The notes under the pieces were generated by a model. That model was not told where the DNA came from. It worked only from the letters and a program-made list of their open reading frames with translations, and made no database searches. From Candidatus Sericytochromatia bacterium (GTDB taxonomy: Bacteria > Cyanobacteriota > Sericytochromatia > S15B-MN24 > VGJW01), in NCBI GenBank assembly GCA_035285865.1, contig JAYKHS010000027.1:11229-75228 (forward strand): a stretch of DNA of 64,000 nt, in the 5' to 3' direction. Of the stretch, positions 49,360-59,294 are shown in pieces; positions within the stretch are counted from its first letter, which is position 1; each line of letters starts with the position of its first letter. A program made the position numbers and the translations under genes.

Positions 49360-50712
49360 ATGGCCTCCACTCAGCGTCCTCCGTCATCGCTTCGCCTGCT
49401 GGCACCCGGCCTCGCGCTGCTGGCCGCAGCCTGCGGCGTCCTTCCCGGCAAGAACCCCACGGTCGCGACCGGGGCCACCGTGGCGAGCAAGGCTGCGAAC
49501 GGGTTCCTCTGGGGCGTGTCCACGGCAGCCTATCAGTGGGAGGGCAACAACGACCGCACGCAGTGGTTGGCCTTCGAGCTGGCGGGCAAGACCGAGGAGC
49601 GTGCCGGGGCAGCCGCCGACGGCTGGACCCGCTACCGCGAGGACATCGGCCTGGCCCGCGGGATGGGCCTCTCCGCCTTCCGCACCAGCCTCGACTGGGG
49701 CCGCCTGGAACCGGAAGAGGGCCGCATCGATCCCGAGGCCGTTGCCCGCTATCACGACATGCTCACCGCGATTCGCGAGGCCGGGATGACGCCCATCGTG
49801 ACGCTGATGCACTTCAGCTATCCGAAGTGGCTCGAGGACCGCTACGGCGGTTGGGAGAACCGGAAATCGGTCTATGCTTTCGAGCGATTCGCCGGCTTCG
49901 TCGCCAGGGAGTTCGGGCGGGACATCGAGTGGTACCTGACGTTCAACGAGCCCAACGTCTTCCTGGGCGGCTCGTATGTCACGGGCGCCATCGCGCCCGG
50001 ACGCAAGGACGTCGGCCGTGGGCTGCTTGCCGCGCGGAACTTCGTGCTGGCGCATCAGGCCGCCTACAAGGCCATCCATGCATCCGACGCCATCGCTCGG
50101 GTCTCCTTCAACAACTATGCCGCGGCCTACAGCCTGTCGCTCAAGGCCCAGCCCGAACCCTCCACGGACATCCCCGAAGACCTCGGCAAGGACTGGATGT
50201 TCAATGCCCAGCGCCCGGTGGGCAACAAGGCGAAGTGGCTCGACTACGTGGCGCTAGACTACTATTGCCGCTGGCGCATCGGTCCCGGCTTCCAGATCAA
50301 GCCGGCATGGCAATGGGAGGTCTACCCCCAGGGCCTGCACCACGCCGTGAAGAACTACCACAAGTGGACGGGCCTGCCGGTGCTGGTGGCCGAGAACGGC
50401 TTCGCGACGGACGACCTGAAGCCCCGCGAGGACAGCTGGACCCGCGAAGCCTACCTGGTGCAGCACGTGGCCCAGTTGGAGAAGATCCGGGCCGAGGGCG
50501 TTCCCGTCCTCGGTTACGTCCATTGGTCGATCACCGACAACTGGGAGTGGGGTTCCTACAGGCCACGCTTCGGCCTGTACTCGGTCGACTGCCGCAACCG
50601 CGACTACCGGCGCGTGCCCACGGAATCCGTCGGTATCTACGCCCGCATCGCGGCTCAGGGCGGCACCGACGCGGCCATGCGGCAGCAGTTCCGGGGCCCA
50701 GCCGGGCTCTGA
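49360..50712 (+). CDS. Glycoside hydrolase family 1, lipoprotein
   Basis: LAAAC lipobox; FLWGVSTAAYQWEG, TFNEP, VAENG, HWSITDNWEWG. Confidence 0.92.
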   Translation: MASTQRPPSSLRLLAPGLALLAAACGVLPGKNPTVATGATVASKAANGFLWGVSTAAYQWEGNNDRTQWLAFELAGKTEERAGAAADGWTRYREDIGLARGMGLSAFRTSLDWGRLEPEEGRIDPEAVARYHDMLTAIREAGMTPIVTLMHFSYPKWLEDRYGGWENRKSVYAFERFAGFVAREFGRDIEWYLTFNEPNVFLGGSYVTGAIAPGRKDVGRGLLAARNFVLAHQAAYKAIHASDAIARVSFNNYAAAYSLSLKAQPEPSTDIPEDLGKDWMFNAQRPVGNKAKWLDYVALDYYCRWRIGPGFQIKPAWQWEVYPQGLHHAVKNYHKWTGLPVLVAENGFATDDLKPREDSWTREAYLVQHVAQLEKIRAEGVPVLGYVHWSITDNWEWGSYRPRFGLYSVDCRNRDYRRVPTESVGIYARIAAQGGTDAAMRQQFRGPAGL

Positions 50713-50783
50713 TCCCCCCCGAGGGACGGCGCGACAGGTTACAATGAAGGAAAGGGACCGGTCCCGGGTCCCCCCTTTTCAGG

Positions 50784-51896
50784 ATGTCGCGCGTGACCGA
50801 GACCGTGGCCGCACCGTTGCGGCATACTCCCCTGCACGATCGCCATGTGGCGCTGGGTGCCCGCATGGTGGGTTTCGGGGGCTGGGCGATGCCGGTCCAA
50901 TACAGCTCGATCATGGCCGAGCATCAGGCCGTCCGGGGCAATTGGGGCATCTTCGACGTCTCGCACATGGGCGAGTTCCGCGTCAGCGGCCCCGAGGCCC
51001 GCGAGTGGCTGTCGTGCCTCGTGCCCGCCAATCTGGAGGCGCTGGCCGTCGGGCACGCCGTCTACACGATGTTCACGCGTCCGACCGGCGGCGTCGTCGA
51101 TGACCTCATCATCTACCGGTTCCCGGACCACCTCCTTCTGGTGGTCAATGCGGCCAACCGCGACAAGGACTGGGCGTGGCTGCAGCGCCATCTGCCCGAA
51201 GCCAACGGGCAGGCGACCCTCGAGGACGTCTCGGATGCCTGGGCGCTCATCGCGGTGCAGGGTCCTGCAGCGGCCCGCGAGCTGTCGCGCCTGTCGGGAT
51301 CTGACCTGACAGGCGTCGGTTCCTTCGGCATCACGACGCTGCGGCTGGCTGACCTCGACTGCCCGGCCGGGCGGACGGGCTACACCGGCGAAGACGGGTT
51401 CGAAGTACTCGTTCCCGCCGATGCAGCCACCCGCGTCTGGGACCTGCTGATCGCCGAGGGGGCAGTGCCGTGCGGCCTCGGTGCTCGCGACACCCTGCGT
51501 CTCGAGGCCGGCCTTCCCCTGTATGGCCACGAGTGGGACGACGACACCACCCCGATCGAGGCCGGCTTCGGCTGGGCCGTGCGCAACCCGGGCCCGTACC
51601 TGGGCCGCGACGTGCACGTCCGCCAGAAGGGTGAAGGCGTCGTCCGGCGCCTGCGGGGTCTGGTCCTGACCGACCGGGCACCTGCGCGCGAGGGCTACGT
51701 GGTGGTGGACCAGGAGGGCACGGTCCTCGGCACGGTGGCCTCGGGCACCTTTTCCCCGACGCTGGGCCATCCTGTGGCCACGGCCTACCTGCCTGCGACC
51801 TTGCCCACGGGCCACGAAGTCTCCGTCCGCGTGCGTGACCGCCTCGTACCCGCCCGTGTCGTCGCCCTGCCGTTCTATCGCCGCCCTGCAACCTAG
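50784..51896 (+). CDS. gcvT: Glycine cleavage system aminomethyltransferase T
   Basis: FGGWAMPVQY, FDVSHMGE, RTGYTGEDGFE, GLGARDTLRLEAG. Confidence 0.96.
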   Translation: MSRVTETVAAPLRHTPLHDRHVALGARMVGFGGWAMPVQYSSIMAEHQAVRGNWGIFDVSHMGEFRVSGPEAREWLSCLVPANLEALAVGHAVYTMFTRPTGGVVDDLIIYRFPDHLLLVVNAANRDKDWAWLQRHLPEANGQATLEDVSDAWALIAVQGPAAARELSRLSGSDLTGVGSFGITTLRLADLDCPAGRTGYTGEDGFEVLVPADAATRVWDLLIAEGAVPCGLGARDTLRLEAGLPLYGHEWDDDTTPIEAGFGWAVRNPGPYLGRDVHVRQKGEGVVRRLRGLVLTDRAPAREGYVVVDQEGTVLGTVASGTFSPTLGHPVATAYLPATLPTGHEVSVRVRDRLVPARVVALPFYRRPAT

Positions 51897-51912
51897 CCCC
51901 TCGGAGGTCTCC

Positions 51913-52281
51913 ATGATCCGCTTCGCCACGTCCCACGAATACGCCCGCAAGGAAGGCGACCGCTACCGCGTGGGCATCACGCCGTTCGCCTCCGAGCAGT
52001 TGGGCGACGTGGTCTACGTCGAGTTGCCCAAGGTTGGCCGCACCTACGCTGCAGGCGAGGAGTTCGGCGTCGTCGAATCGGTCAAGGCCGTCTCGAGCCT
52101 CTACATGCCGGTCGCAGGCACGGTCGTCGAGGTCAACGACCCTGTCGTCCAGGATCCCGGCATCCTCAACTCCGACCCCATGGACCGCGGCTGGATGGTC
52201 GTCATCGAGACCTCCGACCCGTCCGCCTTCGACGCCCTGCTGACCGAAGAAGCCTATCAGGCCGAGATCGCGAGTCACTGA
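51913..52281 (+). CDS. gcvH: Glycine cleavage system H protein
   Basis: SHEY, LGDVVYVELP, lipoyl-Lys motif VESVKAVS; SD GGAGG. Confidence 0.96.
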   Translation: MIRFATSHEYARKEGDRYRVGITPFASEQLGDVVYVELPKVGRTYAAGEEFGVVESVKAVSSLYMPVAGTVVEVNDPVVQDPGILNSDPMDRGWMVVIETSDPSAFDALLTEEAYQAEIASH

Positions 52282-53669
52282 TGACCTACGCTTACCTCCC
52301 GCACACGCCGGCCGACCGGGCGGCCATGCTCGACAGCATCGGGGTTTCCTCGATGGATGCCTTGCTGAGCCACATCCCCAAAGCCCTGCGGGAGGTCCGC
52401 CTGGACCTGCCTCGGCCCCACGCCGAAGCCGAGATCCAGCAGCGCCTCGCGCGGCTCGCGGCCCGCAACGTGTCCGCCAGCCAGCAGGCCAGCTTCGTCG
52501 GGGCCGGGGTGACCCATCGCTACCGCCCCGCAGCCGTCGACCAGATTGCCTCGCGGTCCGAGTTCTACACCGCGTACACGCCCTACCAGCCCGAGGTCAG
52601 TCAGGGCACGCTTCAGGCCATCTTCGAGTTCCAGTCGATGATCTGCGAACTGACGGGCATGGACGTGGCCAACGCGTCGATGTACGACGGCTCGACAGCG
52701 GTCGCCGAGGCGGCCCTGATGGCCGTCCGCGTCACGAATCGTCCCCGCGTCCTGGTCTGCGGCTCGGTCCATCCCGAGTATGAGGCCGTCACACGCACCT
52801 ATGCACAGGGCCCCGGGCTCGTCATCGACAGCCTGCCGACCCGGGCGGACGCGACGGATGTCGCCGCCGTGAAGGCCGCGCTGACGCCGGACACGAGCGC
52901 GCTCATCGTCCAGGTGCCCGGCGTCCTCGGGACGGTCGCGGACCTCGCCGGCCTCGCCGACGTGGTGCATGCCGCGGGAGCCCTGCTGGTCGTGGTGGCT
53001 GATCCGATTGCCCTCGGCGTGCTCGAGGCCCCGGGCCGCTGGGGTGCCGACCTCGTGGTCGGAGAGGCGCAAGGACTCGGCAACGCGATGTCGCTCGGCG
53101 GGCCCCACGTGGGCTACATGGCGTGTCGTGATGCCCACGTCCGGCAGCTGCCCGGACGCATCTGCGGCATGTCGCAGGACGCCGAGGGCCGGCCCTGCTT
53201 CACGTTGACGCTGCAAACGCGCGAACAGCACATCCGCCGCGAAAAGGCCGCAAGCAACATCTGCACCAACCAGGCACTGAACGCACTGTTCAGCACGATC
53301 CACCTGGCCCTGCTGGGCCCGGAAGGCCTGCGCGACGTGGCCCGCACCTCGGCCCTGCGCGCCCATCACCTCGCCGACCGGCTGACCCGGTTGCCCGGTT
53401 GTCGTCTGGCGCATCCGGAAAGCCCGTTCCTGAGCGAGTTCGTGCTGACCTCGCCCGTGCCGGCCACGCAGTTGCGCGACGCCCTGCTTGCGCGCGGCAT
53501 CCTTGCCGGCCTGCCCCTCGACACGTGGTGGCCCGAACGTACCCATGACCTGCTCATCGCCGTGACCGAGATGAATGCCCCCGAAGAACTGGAGGCCCTC
53601 GTCGCCGGCATCGCCGCCGTCGTGTCCGCCCAGGGGGGCCAGCGCTCCCAGGAGGCCGTCCATGCCTGA
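52281..53669 (+). CDS. gcvPA: Glycine dehydrogenase subunit 1
   Basis: [38 protein letters not shown]. Confidence 0.96.
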   Translation: MTYAYLPHTPADRAAMLDSIGVSSMDALLSHIPKALREVRLDLPRPHAEAEIQQRLARLAARNVSASQQASFVGAGVTHRYRPAAVDQIASRSEFYTAYTPYQPEVSQGTLQAIFEFQSMICELTGMDVANASMYDGSTAVAEAALMAVRVTNRPRVLVCGSVHPEYEAVTRTYAQGPGLVIDSLPTRADATDVAAVKAALTPDTSALIVQVPGVLGTVADLAGLADVVHAAGALLVVVADPIALGVLEAPGRWGADLVVGEAQGLGNAMSLGGPHVGYMACRDAHVRQLPGRICGMSQDAEGRPCFTLTLQTREQHIRREKAASNICTNQALNALFSTIHLALLGPEGLRDVARTSALRAHHLADRLTRLPGCRLAHPESPFLSEFVLTSPVPATQLRDALLARGILAGLPLDTWWPERTHDLLIAVTEMNAPEELEALVAGIAAVVSAQGGQRSQEAVHA

Positions 53670-55122
53670 GTTGCTCCAACCCGTCATCCTGGGAGAGGGC
53701 GCACCGGGACGCCGGGGCGTCGTGATTCCCGAGCCTGCCGTGGCCGCCCCCGAGCTGGCCGAGGTTCTGCCGGCTTCGATGCTGCGCCGCGAGGCCCCCG
53801 CCCTGCCGCAGCAGTCCGAGTTGGAGACCGTGCGCCACTATCTGCGCCTGTCGCAGCTCAACCACGCCATCGACAAGGGCTTCTATCCGCTCGGGTCATG
53901 CACGATGAAGTACAACCCCAAGGTCAACGAGTGGGCGGCCCGCCTGGACGGGATGGCCAACATCCACCCCTATCAACCGGAAAGCCAGTTGCAGGGTGCC
54001 CTCGAGATCATGCACGACCTGCAGCAGTGGCTCTGCGCCATCACGGGCCTCGAGCGCTGCAGCCTGCAGCCCGCGGCCGGGGCCCATGGCGAACTGACGG
54101 GCATCCTGATGATCAAGGCCTACCACCAGCATCGAGGCGATGCCCGCAGGACGCGGGTCCTCGTGCCGGACTCGGCCCACGGCACGAATCCGGCGACGGC
54201 GGCCGTCGCGGGCTTCGAGGTCGTCACCGTCGCCTCCGACGGCCGCGGCTTGGTCGACCTCGCAGACCTCAAGAGCAAGCTGGACGATCGTGTGGCGGCA
54301 TTGATGCTGACCAACCCCAACACGCTGGGCCTGTTCGAGGAAGACATCCTCGAAATCCAGGAGGCCGTGCACGCCGCCGGCGGCCTGCTGTACTACGACG
54401 GAGCCAACTTCAACGCGATCCTCGGTACGGTCCGTCCTGGCGACATGGGCTTCGACGTCGTGCACCTGAACCTGCACAAGACGTTCTCGACCCCGCACGG
54501 TGGCGGTGGCCCCGGGTCCGGGCCCGTCGTCGTGGGCAAGGCCCTCGAGCCGTTCCTGCCGGTGCCCATCGTGGTCCGCGATGCTTCGGGCACGTACCGA
54601 CTGGAGTCCGACAGGCCGCTCACCATCGGGCGGGTCAAGGCCTTCTTCGGGAACTTCGGGATGCACGTGCGTGCCTATGCCTACATCCTCGCGCACGGTG
54701 CCGAGGGCCTGGCACAGGTCAGCAGGGACGCCGTGCTCAACGCCAATTACCTGAAGGCCAACCTGAAGGAGGCCTTCGAGATGCCCCACGCCCAGCCGTG
54801 CATGCACGAGTTCGTCATGTCCGGCAGCCGCCAGAAGGCCAAAGGCTGCAACACGCTGCTGATGGGCAAGCGGCTGATCGACTTCGGGATCCACCCGCCG
54901 ACGATTTACTTCCCGCTGATCGTGCCCGAGGCCATGATGATCGAGCCGACCGAGACGGAGAGCAAGGAAACGCTGGATCGCTTCGTGACCGCCATGCACA
55001 CCATCGCCCGGGAAGTCGACGAAACCCCTGAGGTCGTGCAGCAGGCTCCCCACACCACGCCCATCAAGCGTGTGGATGAGGTCCTGGCAGCGCGCAAGCC
55101 GGTCCTGCGCTGGCGTCCCTGA
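53662..55122 (+). CDS. gcvPB: Glycine dehydrogenase subunit 2
   Basis: [49 protein letters not shown]. Confidence 0.96.
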   Translation: MPELLQPVILGEGAPGRRGVVIPEPAVAAPELAEVLPASMLRREAPALPQQSELETVRHYLRLSQLNHAIDKGFYPLGSCTMKYNPKVNEWAARLDGMANIHPYQPESQLQGALEIMHDLQQWLCAITGLERCSLQPAAGAHGELTGILMIKAYHQHRGDARRTRVLVPDSAHGTNPATAAVAGFEVVTVASDGRGLVDLADLKSKLDDRVAALMLTNPNTLGLFEEDILEIQEAVHAAGGLLYYDGANFNAILGTVRPGDMGFDVVHLNLHKTFSTPHGGGGPGSGPVVVGKALEPFLPVPIVVRDASGTYRLESDRPLTIGRVKAFFGNFGMHVRAYAYILAHGAEGLAQVSRDAVLNANYLKANLKEAFEMPHAQPCMHEFVMSGSRQKAKGCNTLLMGKRLIDFGIHPPTIYFPLIVPEAMMIEPTETESKETLDRFVTAMHTIAREVDETPEVVQQAPHTTPIKRVDEVLAARKPVLRWRP

Positions 55123-55134
55123 CGCGGAGCCGAC

Positions 55135-56004
55135 TCAGCTCCAGAACTTCCACCAGGGCCGGCGCCGGGCGTCGGCTTCCTGGAGGGCCTGCACCACGCC
55201 CTCGACGAGTCCCAGTTCGGGCCCCGAACCGGGAGTATCATCCCCACGGTTCGCGAGCGCAGCCTCGAGGTCCAGCATCCGGCGTTGCAGGCTGCGCATC
55301 GAGTCGTCCATCGCGCGACGGGCCTTGCGGCCAACCTCCTGCTCCAACTCCGCCAACTGCTGCCGCAAGGCCTCGCCCCGAGCTGCATCCTCCTGTTCGT
55401 GCAGCTGGGCTTCTGCAAGACGGGCCTCTTCCAGTTCCTCGAGACGCCGCCGCAGGGTGTCGTAGGCCTCGGGCCCATCCCCGTCGGACACCTGCCCCAA
55501 CGTCCGGCGCACCTCGGCCAGCTGTTCCTCGAGCTTCGCCAGACGGCCCACACCCTCGGCGGCCATCTCCGTGACCTGTTCCGACAGGGCCTGCAAACGA
55601 GCCGGGTCCATCCCGGGCGCCTCGAGCAGGCCCCGGACGGCCTCCTGGGCGGCCGCAATCTGCTGGTATCGACCCTGAAGATCCTGCAAGGCCGCGTGCT
55701 GGCCGGCCAGCAGTTGTTCCATCGCATCCTGGCGTTGCACGATCCGGGACAGGACCTCCTCCAGGTCCGGCCGTGTCTCGACCTGGGGCGAAGAGGGCGC
55801 GAGCAGCATCCTGATTTCATCGAGGGTGCGCCCCTCCGCCACATAACCGGCCACCACGCGCAGGTTTTCGAGGTCGCGTTCGCCCAGCACACGCCGCCCT
55901 TGCCGGTCCTTGGCGAAGCGCAGGTTCAAGACGCGCTCCCACGCCCGGACCTCCGCTACGGAGACCCCGAGCGTCCGGGCTGCTTGGGCCACGCTCAACC
56001 TCAT
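55135..56004 (-). CDS. MerR-type HTH plus long coiled coil with C-terminal RRPWWKFWS
   Basis: SVAQAARTLGVSVAEVRAWE...GRR...GRTLDEIR, followed by heptad repeats. Confidence 0.78.
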   Translation of the reverse strand: MRLSVAQAARTLGVSVAEVRAWERVLNLRFAKDRQGRRVLGERDLENLRVVAGYVAEGRTLDEIRMLLAPSSPQVETRPDLEEVLSRIVQRQDAMEQLLAGQHAALQDLQGRYQQIAAAQEAVRGLLEAPGMDPARLQALSEQVTEMAAEGVGRLAKLEEQLAEVRRTLGQVSDGDGPEAYDTLRRRLEELEEARLAEAQLHEQEDAARGEALRQQLAELEQEVGRKARRAMDDSMRSLQRRMLDLEAALANRGDDTPGSGPELGLVEGVVQALQEADARRRPWWKFWS

Positions 56005-56018
56005 GCCATGATCCTAGC

Positions 56019-56777
56019 GTGACCGGACTCCCGTGGCGACTGCTCGCCGATGCGCCGGCCCCGGGCGCCTGGAACATGGCCGCGGACGAAGCGATGCTCG
56101 AGGCCATGGCCGCTGGCGTCGTCGGGCCGACGCTTCGGCTGTACGGCTGGGAACCGGCGTGCCTGAGCCTCGGTCGGAACCAGGCCCTGCCGAATGGCCT
56201 CGCGGAACGCGCCGCCCTCCTCGGAATCGATGTGGTGCGTCGCCCGACGGGAGGCCAGGCCGTGCTGCACGCGGCCGAGATCACCTATTCCGTGGTCACG
56301 GAGGCAGGCACGCGCGGCGTGCTCGGGGACTATCGCCATCTGAACGGCATCCTCGCCCGGGCCCTCGCGGAGGTCGGATTCCCTGCGGACCTGATCCGCA
56401 CCGAGGCCTCGGGCCAGCGTGGCGAGGCCAGCTGTTTCGCGAGGCCGGGCCGGGCCGACCTGGCGGTTGCGGGTCACAAGATCGGGGGCTCCGCCCAGGT
56501 CCGGCGCGGCGGCCTGCTGCTGCAGCACGGCAGCATCAAGCTGTGGCCTGCCTCCGTGCGCCTCGCGGACGTGCTCGGGCCGGGCACGCCCGAGCCCGTG
56601 GCCCTGTGGTCGAACGCTCCCCTCGAAGCCCCCGAGGCCTGCCGCAGCAGTCTCGAGCGCGCGCTTGCGCACGCTTTTGGCCTCGCTTGGCACCCGGAGG
56701 CCCGAACATCGTGGGAGCACGCGTGGATCGCGACCCATCGCCCACGCGAAGGCAGCCTCAGCGCAGCTGGAACCTGA
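56019..56777 (+). CDS. Lipoate-protein ligase A / octanoyltransferase LipM family
   Basis: NMAADEAML, TLRLYGW, SLGRNQ, VRRPTGGQAVLH, KIGGSAQ, LQHGSI; close to gcvH. Confidence 0.9.
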   Translation: MTGLPWRLLADAPAPGAWNMAADEAMLEAMAAGVVGPTLRLYGWEPACLSLGRNQALPNGLAERAALLGIDVVRRPTGGQAVLHAAEITYSVVTEAGTRGVLGDYRHLNGILARALAEVGFPADLIRTEASGQRGEASCFARPGRADLAVAGHKIGGSAQVRRGGLLLQHGSIKLWPASVRLADVLGPGTPEPVALWSNAPLEAPEACRSSLERALAHAFGLAWHPEARTSWEHAWIATHRPREGSLSAAGT

Positions 56778-57549
56778 CGGAGACATAGCCTTCCTGGTCC
56801 GGAGCTTCGCTGCCCAAGGGACTGAATCGCCAACGCTGGAAGGCCGCGAGCGCAGCCGCATCGAGCGCGCTGTCTCCAGACGAGCGCTGGATGCGCGCCG
56901 AGACGACCTCACCCGAGGCCGCGACCCGGATGATGGCGCGGACACTGCCCTCGGCAAGCCGGGCACGTGCCTCCTGCGGATAGTCCGGCTCAGGACGCTC
57001 CAGAACACGGCGACCGGCCAGGTCCCCGCGGGCGCCGCTCCCCGTCGACACGGAGCCACCGGGCGCACCGCCTGCCGTTCCCCCCGGAGGACCGTCGGGG
57101 GACTCGGGACCGTCCCCGGAACCTTGGGCTGCCGCCTCTGCCTGGCGACGACGCTCGCGTTCCCTTGCGAGCGCGAGGGCATCGACCTGCGGTTCGGGCT
57201 CGGGATAATCCGGGGCAGCCTTGGGGCGGGCGGGGGCTTGCCTGACTTCGGTGCGCCGTCGGACGACGGCCTCCGGTCGCGGTGCCGGGGCGTCGGCCGG
57301 CGCGGGCCGCTCGGCTGCAGGACGATCATTGACCGGCCCGGGCGCGGGCAGGCCCTGCACCGGGCGCGTCGTGTCCCCGGCCGGTCCCCCGAGATCCACC
57401 AGCGCCACCACCAGCGGCTCTGGCGTGGGCATGACCAGCGGAGCTTCGGGGCGAGGCCAGAAGAACAACCAGAAAAGCAGCAGGGCATGAACCAGCAGCG
57501 ACAGGCCCCATGCCTCGGGATCGGGACGCGCCTGCCGGCGCCGGGACAT
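56758..57549 (-). CDS. TonB-family energy transducer
   Basis: SLLVHALL TM motif, Pro-rich linker, C-terminal PDYPQEAR...EGSV...SSGDSALDAAAL...WRFSP. Confidence 0.88.
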   Translation of the reverse strand: MSRRRQARPDPEAWGLSLLVHALLLFWLFFWPRPEAPLVMPTPEPLVVALVDLGGPAGDTTRPVQGLPAPGPVNDRPAAERPAPADAPAPRPEAVVRRRTEVRQAPARPKAAPDYPEPEPQVDALALARERERRRQAEAAAQGSGDGPESPDGPPGGTAGGAPGGSVSTGSGARGDLAGRRVLERPEPDYPQEARARLAEGSVRAIIRVAASGEVVSARIQRSSGDSALDAAALAAFQRWRFSPLGSEAPDQEGYVSVRFQLR

Positions 57550-57560
57550 GGCGCGCACCC

Positions 57561-59294
57561 TCAAAAGCCCCGTGACGCGCCCAGAACCAGCAGGGCCGGG
57601 CGCATGTAGAATCCGGGTGCCGGTTCGCGCAAGGCCACGAGCGGCCACGAGGTGGCCCGGGCGAAGACCTCCCAGCGCGCACCGAGCGGCAGGCCAACCG
57701 TGCCTTCGACCCGGACGGCGGAACCGTCGGCCGCCAAACCCGAATCCAGGAGGTTGCCGGCGAGCTGATCGGTCTCCAGCAGCAGGTCAAGGCCGACAGC
57801 AAGGTCACCGGACCACCGGGAATCGTGCGCCAGCCTGACTTCCTGATGCCGCATGCCCGCGACGGGAAGGTCCTCGAAGGCCCACTCGACCTGCTGCGAA
57901 AGCGTCTCCCATGGCTGCCACTGCAGGGCAAGGCGCGCCTCGGTCCGCGGCTGCCAGCGTGCGTCCTGCTGCAGTTGCCAGAGGCCGCTACCCGCCTCGC
58001 GCCAGATGACCGGGTCGAGGACACGCGCCACGGAGGCCTCTCCACCCAGATGAAGCCCGGGCGTCAGGCGCCACGACAAGCCTGTTTCCAGGCGCGGCTC
58101 GACGCGCACGGGACGCAGATCGACCCGGGCCACCACGGGATCGCGCCGGCGCAACAGAGAGGCCAGGGTCGGCCAGTCGGCATGGGTCGAGAGCCCGGTC
58201 CAGAGCTGCAAGGGGCGATGCCACGCATCGGGAAGGCCCTCGATGCCCGGTTGGCGCGGTTGCCATGTCAGCCTGAGGGTCGGATCGAGATAGCTGGCCT
58301 GGCCCAGCTGCGTCAGGCCAAGTCCGGTCTCGAGTTCGAGATCCGGGACGGGCAACGGCCACGCCTCGGGCGACAGGCTGGCCCGCAGCAGCATGCCGTC
58401 CTGACCTGCCCCATCATCCCTGGCATGGGCCACCTGACCGACGGTCCAGCCGAAACGCACCGGCCGGTCGGGACTCCCGAGCGTGCCCGTCCGCGAACCC
58501 TCGAGCTGCCAACGAGCCTGGACTGTGCGGGTGTTCGTGGTCCCGGGCCACACGACGACCTGATTCCCGAGTTCGGCTCGGGAGAACGACAGCGTGGCGC
58601 CGGGCAGGGCCTCGTCCCAGCCGGCCGAGACCGCAACGACCTGGCGGGTGATGTCGCGCCGACCGACGCGTCGATGCGCGCCCTCGAGGGAGAGCTGGGC
58701 CCAGGCCCCGCGCTCGTGGGCGACGTGCTGGTCGAGGGCCAGAACGGACCAGCCGTCCGGGGCGTGCATCTCGAAGCGGCCATCGGTCAGCAACCGCAGC
58801 CCAGCCGCGGTCCACGCCGCTGCCCCGCCAATTCGACCCCGCCACGTCGCGGGGCCACCGACCAACGCATCGCCAAGGCCGAGCTCCAATTGACCCAGCG
58901 CCGGAACCAATTCCTCATCAAGCTCGGGCGCGAGGGCCGAGGATGCATCGAGGGGGACGGGCAAAGCCAGAGCCGACAGCGATCCGGACAAGGGACGAAC
59001 GGGAGGGGGAGGCTCGACCATGCCCGCCAGTTCAGGGTCCTCGAGGCGGACCTTCCGCCCGCGGGCCTGCGGCAGACGCAGCCTCCGGCCCGTGACGGTG
59101 ATGGGGGGCAGCTCCATCGGCAGGCGATCGACCTCCCGGCCGGCTGTGGCCGCCGAAGCACTGCCCTCGACGGCGACCGGGACGAGCACCTCGGCCGCAG
59201 CGGCCTGTCCAGGCACGGCGGGCAGCACGAGGGCGACCGCTCCGGCAAGGCGGATGGCATTCCTCAAGCAAGCAGGCATGGCGGAGCAGGTCAT
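57561..59294 (-). CDS. Putative outer-membrane beta-barrel, TonB-dependent-receptor-like
   Basis: Signal peptide; TonB-box-like PITVTGRR; alternating beta-strand pattern; C-terminal LGASRGF. Confidence 0.6.
   Translation of the reverse strand: MTCSAMPACLRNAIRLAGAVALVLPAVPGQAAAAEVLVPVAVEGSASAATAGREVDRLPMELPPITVTGRRLRLPQARGRKVRLEDPELAGMVEPPPPVRPLSGSLSALALPVPLDASSALAPELDEELVPALGQLELGLGDALVGGPATWRGRIGGAAAWTAAGLRLLTDGRFEMHAPDGWSVLALDQHVAHERGAWAQLSLEGAHRRVGRRDITRQVVAVSAGWDEALPGATLSFSRAELGNQVVVWPGTTNTRTVQARWQLEGSRTGTLGSPDRPVRFGWTVGQVAHARDDGAGQDGMLLRASLSPEAWPLPVPDLELETGLGLTQLGQASYLDPTLRLTWQPRQPGIEGLPDAWHRPLQLWTGLSTHADWPTLASLLRRRDPVVARVDLRPVRVEPRLETGLSWRLTPGLHLGGEASVARVLDPVIWREAGSGLWQLQQDARWQPRTEARLALQWQPWETLSQQVEWAFEDLPVAGMRHQEVRLAHDSRWSGDLAVGLDLLLETDQLAGNLLDSGLAADGSAVRVEGTVGLPLGARWEVFARATSWPLVALREPAPGFYMRPALLVLGASRGF

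Noticed and set aside
50713..50783. Glycine riboswitch upstream of gcvT
   Set aside because: The intergenic space is only about 70 nt and lacks the aptamer consensus.
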